From positions 3,950,312-4,014,311 of the forward strand of contig JARDVH010000154.1 of NCBI GenBank assembly GCA_030324005.1: a DNA stretch of 64,000 nucleotides. The letters are read 5' to 3'. Shown here in pieces: positions 1 to 11,769 of the stretch. The number at the start of each line of letters is the position of its first letter. The first letter of the stretch is position 1. The DNA is from Negaprion brevirostris. Lineage: Eukaryota. The notes under the pieces are model-generated. The model made no database searches, had not been told where the DNA came from, and saw nothing but the letters and a program-made list of their open reading frames with translations. Both the position numbers and the translations under genes were made by a program.

Positions 1-2274
1 TTTCTCAGCCAATTTTGAGTTGGCTGCTGAATGTCCTTGTGCTGTGCCACTGAAAATACTTGCTTATGGAATGGTGTCACAGCAGCTCCTGTGCTCACTG
101 CATCACAGTTTTCTGTCTGCTTCACTATTTAACATCCTTCCCAATGTCTCAATTCAAAAGCTGAAAATGAACATCTATTATAACGTCAGATAACCTTATC
201 ACTGAGGAAGAAAATCCATTTGTTTTTCAGTTTTGAGCGAGAGCTAATGGCAGTAACAAGCTGAAGCATGTGTCTATGCCAATATCAAGGTTTTCCGTCG
301 CAAAAAAAGTTTGTTAATCCATTTCTTTCTTTTGCCTCCATTCTCCCGCTCTCGTGATTGTATTGGCTGTAAGAGTAAATTTCTGCCAAGGTGGTATATC
401 ACATAATTTCACATAATGTACAATAATGTTGAGTGTCAATTGACTCACATCTCCTCACTGGAACTGACAAGTCAAACATTTTGAAGAAAAATTGCTCAAT
501 TCACAGAGAACATTCTTCTAAATAACTTACCTGCACACTGTGACCAGATGACCCAGAAATTAGTCCAGAGATAAATTACACTTAAGTGGAGTGACGTGCA
601 CATCTCTTCATGCTATCGTTAGTTCACTCAGCACCCTTAAGTGTTCTCACACTCCTGACCCATGCAAGGCCCTCAGGTTCATGTGGATTAAAATCTCATC
701 ACAGCTCTTCAGACCATGCCATCAGCTGAGTTGTGCCTTGATAAAATTGCAAGGAAGACAATCAAATACAGTAACGTCTAGTGTGATTTGTAGCATACAT
801 TCTGCCATGCCTTTTGAATGACATCTTGTAATTGTGCTTTTCTAAATCCCAACTCTGCTAATCCTTTATTTAGTTGAAGGCACTGCCTCTTGCAGGAATT
901 CAGTTTCATGATCAGTTTTATGATAGTTTGCCTGAATTGTCTGTGTACCTTTGTGAGCTCAAACAATGAGGATAAATAGCTATTTGGCAATGACAAGCAT
1001 GACAGCCAATAAAAACAGTAACTTTTTGTAAAGCATTTTAAGAAATCCTGATTGTTATGAGGCATTATATAATTGCAATACCTTTCTTTCAGTCATTGCT
1101 TTTTCATGCAAGTATCTGAGTTCTGGTGACACTGAGCAAGAATGCGAGATGCTGACATTGTCTTAGATTAGCCTGATGGGTAGCAGGAGTATCGTGTGCA
1201 GATAATCAATACGGATTTGGTGCCAATGTTGTGACGCAGAGGCTATGCTGCCAATCAGGGGTGGCTTTTTTCTTTGTTTATACTAACAACAGATGAAGAT
1301 GCTTTGACCATGTCCCAGAGGACTGTATACTAATTAAGCCTCTAGTATCTTCCATTTCAGGGTTATAAAAAAACAATTGGTAGTAGAATTCTAGATTCTT
1401 TTATGTTGTCCAGGCATCATTTAAAGAGCACTACTGGCTTACTTCTCTCCTGTCTTTCCTAATTATGTTGGCTTTCACAAAAGCACAGTTCCACGAGCTC
1501 CAGGAACCTTAGCTCTGTCAGAATTGCCACTCGTCATTTCCAGGTTTGGCTAATCATTACCAATGGGATGTTAAACATGGAGGCATCACAAGTAATACCA
1601 ATTCTGTTCTTGTACAGTTACCGTCCAGGAAATGATTGGATAATGTTTTATTCCTCCCTTTCCCAACTGTGAGACTGTAAGACTCTATTTTATCCTCAAT
1701 TGAGATCATTTCCTTCAGCGCAAAGAATTGAATCTGGGATTTGTTTTCTCTTTAGTTGAATCAGTAGTGCATTATTTAGTCTCTTTATTCATTGGAGCAG
1801 TTAATGTTTACAACCAAGTGTCACTTTCTCATTGAATAAAGTGGATTTCTGGGTCTGTGTAATAGTAAACATTATTTGCCCTGAGATCAAATTTATTTTA
1901 TTTTTTGCCTCAATTTCCTTGCCTGTTTTCCAGAAGGCACTGTTTCTTGCTGGAATGCAGTTCCACAGTTGCCTTTAGTCAAGTCCTTGCAGGTTACATG
2001 TGAACTTAGACAGTAAACATTAGCAAGCTGTTCAGCAATGGGGTGCATCATATCTGAACTTAATTCAGACATCAGCAGTAACTGATATGGGAACTGAAAA
2101 ATAAGCCGTTTTATCCATTATCCACAAATGTGGAGGCGAACTGAATCTCATCTAACAAACCTCAACAATGATTCTGTCACTCATACACACCAAGGATCGA
2201 AGCTGTGACTTGTCTGGCATTTATGGTTCAGTTCCTCATTTACCAATTAATCTATACAGGGAAAAGATGCCCAA

Positions 2275-4150
2275 ATGAGGTGCAGGAGTAGGCCATTCAG
2301 CCCTTGAGCCGGATCAGTCTCGCCATTCAATAAGATCACGTCTGGTCTGATTGTGGACTCAGCTCTCATTCTGCCTGACCCTAATGACCTTTGACTCCCT
2401 TGTTAGTCAAGAATCTATCTAACTGTGCCTTAAAAATATTCACTGGCCCTGTCTTCACCACTGTTAGGGGAAGAGAGATACATGAGCCTCTTCTCATCTC
2501 CATCTTAAATGAGAGACCCTTTGTTTTTAAACTATGTTCCTTTGTTCTATCTCCCACATGGAGAAACATTGGAGGTGATTCTCCCACCCCGAAACGCTAA
2601 TGTTTTTGGTGCGTCGGCCCGGGAAAATCGCGTGTTGGCCACTTCGTGGGATGTGTTCCAGACGAGCGCGCATCTCCGAGCACCAGATATCCAGAGTGGT
2701 CGGGATCATGCTGGAAACTGGCGGGAACAGCAGGTAAGTTGTTTTGATCTGTTTTTAACATAAACTAAGTGCCATTATCGGGCCTGGGACTGAAGTCTCC
2801 GGGCCTGCTAGCACCTCCCACAACCCTGTCAGTGCAACTTCACTCTGGCAGGGTTCAGACTAACTCCCCACTCTTGGAGAACTAGAAGGAGACCCCACTA
2901 GAGTGAAGGGGGAGCAATCGGGGCCCTCCCATTGGATTAGATGGTGGGGATGGCCTCTCTGGGCATGAGCACCCTGGCAGTGCCAGCCTTTCCTCCCTGG
3001 CAGTGCCCAAGGGGCAAAGTGCCCATGCTCAAGTGGCACAATNNNNNNNNNNNNNNNNNNNNNNNNNNNNNNNNNNNNNNNNNNNNNNNNNNNNNNNNNN
3101 NNNNNNNNNNNNNNNNNNNNNNNNNNNNNNNNNNNNNNNNNNNNNNNNNNNNNNNNNNNNNNNNNNNNNNNNNNNNNNNNNNNNNNNNNNNNNNNNNNNN
3201 NNNNNNNNNNNNNNNNNNNNNNNNNNNNNNNNNNNNNNNNNNNNNNNNNNNNNNNNNNNNNNNNNNNNNNNNNNNNNNNNNNNNNNNNNNNNNNNNNNNN
3301 NNNNNNNNNNNNNNNNNNNNNNNNNNNNNNNNNNNNNNNNNNNNNNNNNNNNNNNNNNNNNNNNNNNNNNNNNNNNNNNNNNNNNNNNNNNNNNNNNNNN
3401 NNNNNNNNNNNNNNNNNNNNNNNNNNNNNNNNNNNNNNNNNNNNNNNNNNNNNNNNNNNNNNNNNNNNNNNNNNNNNNNNNNNNNNNNNNNNNNNNNNNN
3501 NNNNNNNNNNNNNNNNNNNNNNNNNNNNNNNNNNNNNNNNNNNNNNNNNNNNNNNNNNNNNNNNNNNNNNNNNNNNNNNNNNNNNNNNNNNNNNNNNNNN
3601 NNNNNNNNNNNNNNNNNNNNNNNNNNNNNNNNNNNNNNNNNNNNNNNNNNNNNNNNNNNNNNNNNNNNNNNNNNNNNNNNNNNNNNNNNNNNNNNNNNNN
3701 NNNNNNNNNNNNNNNNNNNNNNNNNNCAGGCCGACAGTTTGGGGCCACTGCACATGTGCAGAGGCCCCGAACTGTGAGGTTGTGGTGTAAATGGGCACGG
3801 CCCCCCCCCCCCAAACTTTTAATGATTATGACCTGTGCATTGCAGAGTGTGGGAGATTCTTGTCAGAAGTTGCACTGATAAAACAACCGTGATTGTTTTC
3901 CCATGAATCCAGCGCTTAGAAATTTTTGGGAGAATCGCCCCCATCATTTCAGCATCTATCCAGTCACGCCCCCTTGGAACTGATTTATTTCAAGAAAATC
4001 ACCTCAATCTTTTAAACTCCAATGGATACAGTCCCAGTCTGTCCAACCTTTCTTCATAAGATAACCCACCCATCCCAGGTTTAGTCAAGTGAACCTTTTC
4101 TAAACTGCTCCTAAACAATTGTATCCTTTCTTAAGCAAGGAGACAGAATT
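2275..4150 (-). mobile_element. CR1-type LINE 3' fragment, split by a MITE insertion
   Basis: ORF 2381-2587 ends IFKAQLDRFLTNKGVKG, which resembles a CR1 ORF2 C-terminus. LINE sequence resumes at about 3944 after the insertion. Confidence 0.7.
2570..3943. mobile_element. Non-autonomous TIR DNA element (MITE, possibly Harbinger-like); interior partly gap
   Basis: 17-bp terminal inverted repeats TGGAGGTGATTCTCCCA (2570-2586) and TGGGAGAATCGCCCCCA (3927-3943), 2 mismatches. Interior is GC/CpG-rich with repeated ggcagtgcc units. Confidence 0.65.
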
Positions 4151-6139
4151 TTTTGTCAGCCTAGCAATGAGGATAATGTTGTCTCCATTATTTTGTGCAA
4201 ATGATACAAATTCAGGTGAGGGGCAGATGTATAGTTAGACTCAAAACAGCAGAAACGTCTCTACCAGTTGTATCATATCACTGTTAGTGTTACATCAATG
4301 GCATTGTAGGACCTTGGTTGCTAAAGCTGGAGCAATTAAAATTGGGATTACGTAAGGGGCCAGAATTGAAGGGACACAGAGATTGCTGAGGATTTCTGGC
4401 TGGAAGAGCTTAGAGTGATGGGGTATGGCAACACAGAAGGTGTTAGAGATTGTACATTCAAATCCCATTGGGGCATTTAGTTTATCAAATCAGGAAAAGG
4501 AACTTGCTGCCTCTACTTGTTCTGTTTTTTAAAAAGTAATTTATCAAATGTGGGCGTAACTGGCTAAGCCAGCATTCACTGCCCATCCCTAGTTGCCGCT
4601 CAGAAGATTACAAGTGACCTGAGTCCTACATTGTATGGTTGTCTCTTTGTCACGTCAGGGCAATAAATGCAACCTTAAAACTCTCACCAATATCTCAACA
4701 ACAATATGTCTGTCGTAAAATAAACCTTTTTACATTTAAACCCAGAGTGCAGAATTATTCCACTTGAGACTCTATTGGAGAAGACTGTGTCCCTCTGTTC
4801 TGTCTGTTGGGATTTCCCAGCAGGTGGTAGTCTCTCAACACACAAGGACGGCTGGCCTCGATGACACTGCCCTGGAGTGTCTGTCATCCTGTCCATTGCC
4901 CCCTCCAGAAAGTGCTGTCAGCTCACGAGATATCTCGTCTGTTGGCTGTTCAGCTGATCCTCCATGTGTTGTGGAAAGGAGAGGGAATGCTCTGTGGAGT
5001 GCTCTGTCTGCCTGGCATCTCTCTCTTGTCAATATAGCAAGCCTGTGGGAAGAAGATAAGAATATGAAAAGGATTNNNNNNNNNNNNNNNNNNNNNNNNN
5101 NNNNNNNNNNNNNNNNNNNNNNAGTTCACGAGAAAAGTAAATTGTTTTAAATTGAAAATGTTCTTTTCCTTTAGTTTCCACAAGACTTTTCATTGTGGGC
5201 TGTATTCTAACTATTACTGCATCTCCCAGGTTTAGAGTTAAATTTCAGCAATTTGAGCTAATTACCTGCTCTGATTGATTGTTGCATACTGGTCAACTCT
5301 CACACTGAAAAATGAATTGAATTTGCATTTGCATTATCAGTTACAAATGTGCTAACATGTCACACAAAATTCTTCTGTCTGATGTTCTAGTCAAGATGTG
5401 AATCCATTTAAAATAAACATACTAATGCCTTCATTTAAAAGCCAGTCATAGGAATTTCACACGGTGCATTCCGTTCATTCCTAATATAAAAAAGCACAAT
5501 TTTGACTCCTGGTACAGTAAAAATAGCTCTGTTGATAACTGCATGGTGTGGTGCTATGCCACTCAAAGCAGTAAAGTGCTAATTACAGTGTCTGATCTGT
5601 GTTGAGTTAGTTGGATTCTGTTCATCTGATTTTAAGGAACTAAAATTGGCCTCTATGTCTTTGGCTTAGAGAATGGAAAGGGGAAGGAATCGGTCAATTC
5701 TCGGGACTCTTCATCAGCATCCAATGATCTCAGTTAAAAAGTGTGTGTGTGAATGTTGAGCGAAGACTGGCCATTGTGATGTTTTTGCCTGCCGAATGTC
5801 TTACTGACAGGCAATGCTTAGGCATCTCGTATTGGAAGAGTTGTCACTTGGGTGAGACAGCAGAGAGATGCTTTTGCTAATAGAGAAATAATTTAGAAAG
5901 AGTCGGCATTATCAGTTACTTCCAGGAGAAAAGGGTAGAAAACTAGAGGAATCTGGTTTTAAACAATGGAACAAACTTTGTTGAAATGTTATTATTCCTC
6001 TCAGAGTTCAGGGTAGGTTCATGAGATGAATAAGGCAGCCTAAAGTTTGATTCAGTCTCTCTTCCTATTCGAGACAATGTTTAACCCGGAACCAGGTTAG
6101 GTCAACAAGCACAGAGGTGATGTGTGAACAGCATGCAGT

Positions 6140-6330
6140 GTGAGTTAGGATGCAGGCAGCAGAGTTCTGAATGATCTCAAGTTTAAGGAAGCTGGAACAG
6201 GGAGGCCTGTCACGCTTTCATTAGAATAATCAAATCTGGAGGTAACAAGGGCACACATGAGGATTTCAGCTTCAAAGAATTTGGTTGGGGAGGGCATGAA
6301 AATAGGCAATGTTATAGAGGTAGAAATAAT
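6140..6330 (-). mobile_element. L2-type LINE ORF2 fragment
   Basis: Translation EILMCALVTSRFDYSNESVTGLP resembles the L2 motif ETLIHAFVTSRLDYxNxLLAGLP. Confidence 0.6.
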
Positions 6331-6589
6331 CCACCTTACCCATGGTGCCATCAGCACTCATGATATTAATATTCAAAATTTATTGAAATAAAGAAACTAA
6401 TAAAAATGTTTTAATGTTAGTCCTAACTTTGATTGTTACATTCAATCTATTAAGTGATCTGTGTGTCGCTGATGCACTTGAGTTTAAACATTGCTGTGAG
6501 ATTGGGTTTTCTGCATGACCTGTCATATGGAATTTGGACTTTGGTGTTGTGTACGACCGACATTATCAATTCAGCTGCCCATCAAACAT

Positions 6590-7300
6590 CACTTCCCAGG
6601 CGAAGACTGAACCAGATCTTTAGCAATCTTGGTGCCATATTTAACCTGGGATAAGCTTCCAATCATGTATCCAGGCTGTAAATAAGACCATCTATTCCTA
6701 CCTCCATTAGAGGTCATCTCCACTGCTCCCTCAGCCATGCCTTCAGACTTGATAATTCATATGTGCTCTGGCCAGTTTCCCATCTCCCAAAAACCTGAGA
6801 TCATTCAAAACACTGCAGTCATGTCTTAACTCACACCAAAATTGTTCACCGTTCAATCCTGTTCTTGCTGACTACACTAGCACATGGTGAAATAATGCCT
6901 TGATTTAAAAATGATCATCTTTGTTTTCAAATTCTTCCATGACCTGGTCCTTTCTTATCCCTGTAATTCCCTCTCACCCTACCATCCTCTGTGAAATCTG
7001 CACTCCTCTAATTATGGCCTCTTGAGAAACCTGGATTTGAACCCCTTCACTATTTCTAGCTGTGCTTTCAATTGCCAAGGCCTTCAACTTTGAAATTCCT
7101 TCTCTACAACTCTCCTCCTTGCTACCGCACTTTCTTTCTTTAAGATGCTCCTTAAAACCCACCTCTTTGACAAACCTTTTGATCATCTGTCCTCAGATCT
7201 CATTCTGCAGCTTGGTGTTGTATTTTATTTTCTAATGCCTATATGAATTGCCTTGGGTAGTTTTATTGCATTCCAGGTGCTATATAAATATAAATTCAAA
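6590..7300 (+). mobile_element. L2-type LINE 3' fragment
   Basis: Degenerate L2 3' region ending in the aggtgctatataaat tail at about 7275-7290. Confidence 0.55.
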
Positions 7301-7934
7301 CTGCTGTTTCATTTTTGTTAATGTCAGTGGAAATGAAAATCAAGAGCAATGTAGAACAGGCAGCTCAGTCAATATCTCCTGCTTTACAATATCACTCAAA
7401 ATCAAAATTACCTGTACTAATTCTAGATTATGTCACTTCTTGTGTTCTTCCTGGCATATTCAGCTTAGCAGAGTAACAGAGAGAGTTACGGGAAGTTCAG
7501 AGGTGGTTAGGTTACCATGATTTTTTGAGATGGTGCAGGTCAGAAAACAGATGTGCATTTTTTCATACAACAGTGGAAACTTAGTACTGAAAAGTTTAAG
7601 CACAGTTCTGCAATGGCCCTGTTCATTATATCCTCTATCCAGCTTGAAAGTGAGTCATGCAGATAACTAAAGTCTCAAGTCTGATCCCCAGTCGATATTG
7701 ATTAACCTGATGTCAGTCAGGCAGTAAATTCCAGCCCTTTCTAATCCTCAGTGCTGCTAGGAAAATCAACTGCTGCTCCTCTTCAATCTTCAGTGACTTC
7801 CATTAAGTTGTATCAGGTGAGAACGGGATGTTGCTGAATTGTGATGCCACAAATGGTTGAATTCCTTTATCGGGCACAGAAGGTGATTGTTTGGGCAAAG
7901 CACAAGGAAATAGCTTGTATCAGTAATTAAAGCA

Positions 7935-8286
7935 GAGGTGGTGGTGTAGTGATATTGTCACTGGGCTTGTAATCCTGAGGTAATGCTCTGGGGACCTAAG
8001 TTCAAATCCTGGAACAGCAGATGGTCAAGTTTGAATTCAATAAAAATTTGGAATTAAAAGTCTAATGATGACCATTAAATCATTTTTGATTGTCATAAAA
8101 GCCCATCTCATTCATTAATGTCATTTAGGGAAGGAAATCTGCTGTATTTACCTGGTCTGGCCTACATGTGACTCCAGATCCACAATAATAATGTTGGCTC
8201 TTAAATAGCCTAGCAAGCCACTCAGTTCAAGCTTTTATGGGCAATAAATGCTGGCCCAGCCTGTGACACCCATATTCCATGAATGA
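7935..8286 (+). mobile_element. tRNA-derived SINE (shark family A)
   Basis: A-box tggtgtagtga, B-box gttcaaatcc, core tagggaaggaaatctgc...ggtctggcctacatgtgactccaga and tail gggcaataaatgctggcc. Same family at 11365, 15965 and 38440. Confidence 0.75.
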
Positions 8287-8374
8287 GCAATAACTTTTTT
8301 GAAAAAATAGATGTGGTTAGAGCAAGAAAGAATGAAAGCTGGAAAAATGAAGTCAAATTGCCATGTCACACTAC

Positions 8375-8800
8375 CAAGTGTGAGTTGGTAGCACTCTCGT
8401 CTCTGAGTGAGAAGATTATGGATTCAATATTGCTCCAAGGCTTGGGGGCAAAATTCAGGGTGACGTTCCAGTAGAGTACTCAGGGAATACTGCAGTGTCA
8501 GCAGAGGTGCCATCTTTTGAATATTACATTAAACATAGGCCTAGACTGCTCCTCTCCATGGCATAGTTTTGGGAAAGATCAGGGGGATTAACCCTCGAGT
8601 CCTGGCTAATATTTATCACTCATAAAAGTCATCATAAAAACAGATTCATTTCTCATTATCATTGCTTGTGAGAGTTTATTGTATGCAAATTAGTTGCCAC
8701 ATTTCCTGCTTCACGATATTGAATACGCTTCAAATACTATGCCATTAAATGAAAAGTTTGTGATGTCTGGTGAGTGTGACAAGTGCTATATCAATGTAAG
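8375..8800 (+). mobile_element. DeuSINE-like (SacSINE1-type) element
   Basis: tRNA-like head ggtagcactctc..ctctgagt, then a Deu-domain-like gaggtgccatctttt...ttaaac...ccatggca...gtcctggctaatattt. Related copies at 14590-14825 (-) and 14836-15030 (+). Confidence 0.55.
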
Positions 8801-10254
8801 TTTTCTTTTGCACTGAAAACCTGTTTGAAGATAAAATCTAGGCCAGTAGCTTGAGGTAACAGCATTGCTTCATTTGCAATGCTGGCAGTAGTAATATAAA
8901 TAGATTAGAAAACAAATACTTTTTCTTCACCCGCAAGGTAAAAAATGTTTGAAATCTACGTCAGTCGCTGCTATAGACCATACGTAAACAAATCTAAAAT
9001 TGCAAATTCTTGTTTCAACTGAAGGAAACAGAGAATGAACAGCATTCTTTCAAACCACACAAGTTTGCATACACTTATAAATTTAAATGTCCTGACTGGT
9101 GTAGATTTCTTGCTTTGCTTCCAGATTAGATTTAAAAATGTATATATCCTGGTGTCAGCCTTATTCTGGCCTCTGCTACACCAGTGAAGTTAAATAGCTT
9201 GTATAAACTCAAAGCGATCATGATGGCACAAACCATATAGTGTAACTGAGGTCTGAATGTGGTATGCAATATGATAGTGACCACACTTGATAAAGTACAT
9301 TGTCAGTTGTAAAGTGCTCTGAGATGTCCTGAGGTCATGAAAGATACTCTACGAATCCAAATTCTTTCCTTTGTTCTTCCATTCTTTCTTCTCTTTGCCT
9401 TCATTTTTTTGTGACAGTGGATAAAGATAAGACCAGCTGTGATATCTTCTGCTATCAAGAGCAATTAGGGATGGGCAAAAAGTGCTGGCCAAGCCAGTGA
9501 CACCCAAATCCAGCTGGCGGCATTCATTACTGTGGCTCCCATGTGAAGCATAACCACTTGGGTAAGATGCTGGCAGAACCATTATCCAGCATTTGAGAGA
9601 GGGGAGAACAGAGCTGGTAAAAATGGAAGAAAAAGATACTGACATCCAGATGCTAGTTATCAGACTATGCAGCATGGAGATTAGAGTTGAGATGGAATAA
9701 TCTGATTCTAATGTCTGCCATTTATCTCCCTAAAGGAAAATGCGAGCATATGCTGTCAGACTTGCAATCTGATCCCTGTCCAATGTATGTATGAGTTCAA
9801 AGAAATTGTTAACTATAAACAGTGCCCGGCTGATTGGTGTAAATTCCATTGAACATAATCTGAATTTCAAACTATTGGTTGTGTAAAAGGGAATAATACA
9901 TAATAGTCTATGACACATAAAAGCCTGACATCAACTGACATCATAGGAGTTATCATAACTCCAGCAAATTCCTAGTTAATAAAAGAACTTGCATTTGTGT
10001 AGCACCTTATCAGTTTCAACGTGATTCGTAAGCAATTAAACCCTTTTGAAGTACAGTCATTCACTATATGTATGCAAACACAACAGCCAATTTGCAAACA
10101 CATTTTGTGCTCCAGAAAGCATGCAGAGATGAAAGGTACATTTCTGATAATGATGGTTATGGGAATAAGTTGGCTAGAACAATATGTTCACTGTCAGGAT
10201 CTGTGATGAGAACAAGTAAGTTAAGGTTTCGTGTGTAGTTCATTTATCAGAGCT

Positions 10255-10600
10255 CAGTATCCAGTTAAATATTGGAAAGATTGAAGCTATTGGGTCTTGC
10301 CACAAACTCTGTTTCTCGGCATTGATTCCATCCCAATCCCTGGCCACTATCTGATGCTGAACCAGACTGTTCACAAATCTGACAAACCTTACTTGATCCT
10401 GAGTTGAGCTTCCACCCTCATATCCGCCTCATCATGAAAACCTCCCACTTCTATATTTGTTATATCATTCAACTCCATCCCTACCTCAGCTCATCTGTTG
10501 CTGAAACCCCCATCCATGCTTTTGCTACTTCCATTCCTTATTGTTTCAATTGTCTCATGGCTGGTCTCCCACTTTCCACTTCCTATCTGTAAATGTGAGT
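10255..10600 (+). mobile_element. L2-type LINE ORF2 fragment
   Basis: ORF 10404-10592 contains PYLSSSVAETPIHAFATSIPYCFNCLMAGLP, an L2 motif. Confidence 0.65.
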
Positions 10601-11364
10601 TCATTGAAAAACATATCTATGGCCTCATACCCTCTTATCTCTGAAATCTCCTCTAACTCTACAACACTCCATAATTTCTGCATTTCTTCAATTCTACCCG
10701 ATAACATATCCTTGATTTCACTATTCCATCCTTATCATCTAAAAATCCAGAAGAACGGATCTGAAACTGGAATTCCAACCTAAAACAATTCTACTTGTTT
10801 CCACTATTATTGCAATGCTCTCTCAAACAATTCTGAAAAGAAAAACTGTTTCAAAATCTTTCTGACCCCAAGAAATGAGTTAAAACTGTTAGAATATTGA
10901 TACACAATGTAAATGATTCACAATGAGATACAGAGGTAAAGATTTCCGTTTCTCTGATGACAGCTTCTTGTGCTTATCTACCCCAATCATTCTGCTCCAC
11001 TATTGAAATGCACGCTGTTAGTTTTTTGGAACTTTTTTGCTGAAATTCTCTCCACGATGCCTTTCCACTTTGTTGCTTCTCTCTACTCTTTTATGTCCCT
11101 CTTAAAGCTAATGGTTGTCCCTCATCACCTTTCTGTCTTTGGCCTGGTGATAATTTATCATTTCATACCTTCAAATGTATTGATAAAAATAGTTTAATTT
11201 CTGGATTATCATCCTTATTGTGTGGTAACCAATGAAAACTTGAAAACAAGTTCCAAAGGATGTTTGTGTATGGGGAACACAGAATTGCACAGAATGACAT
11301 AGAAATTGCAACTCTTTAACTATTTGATTCAACTAGTTGTGCCAGTGCTTCTGCTCCACACTGC

Positions 11365-11712
11365 TATTCATTTGTGGGACATGGGCGTCACTGGCTGGCC
11401 AGCATTTATTGCCCATCCTTAGTTGCCCTTGTTCAGAAGACAGTTGAGAGTCAACCACATTGCCCTGGATCTGGAGTCACATGTAGGCCAGACCAGAGAA
11501 GGACGGTAGATTTCCTTCCTTAAAGGGCGTTAGTGAACCAGATGAGTTGTTACAACAATCGACAATGGTTTTAGATTCTTAATTTCAGGTTTTTTTATTG
11601 AATTCAAATTCTACCATCTGCCGTTGTGGGATTCGAACCTGGGTCCCCAGAACATTAGCTAAATCTCTGGATTAATAGTCTAGCAATAATACCACTGGGC
11701 CATTGCCACCCC
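11365..11712 (-). mobile_element. tRNA-derived SINE (family A)
   Basis: Reverse complement of the 7935 family, with B-box ggttcgaatccc on the minus strand. Confidence 0.75.
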
Positions 11713-11769
11713 TAAATCACCTTCTGCCTGTTCTTTCTCATCTTGCATTGTCAATATAACCTTCTAATG

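Noticed and set aside
1200-1300. CCAAT boxes plus TACTAAC-CAG suggesting a promoter or exon of a neighbouring gene
   Set aside because: No ORF, donor or recognisable peptide follows, and such short motifs are expected by chance.
2860-3878. Long ORFs (260-312 aa) in the ORF track; similar ones at 14893-15609 and 60087-60809
   Set aside because: They are artefacts of N runs translated as X.
7935-8010. tRNA-like A/B boxes (also about 11630-11710, 13550-13600, 38710-38787, 41430-41500)
   Set aside because: These are SINE heads attached to SINE bodies, with no intact cloverleaf.
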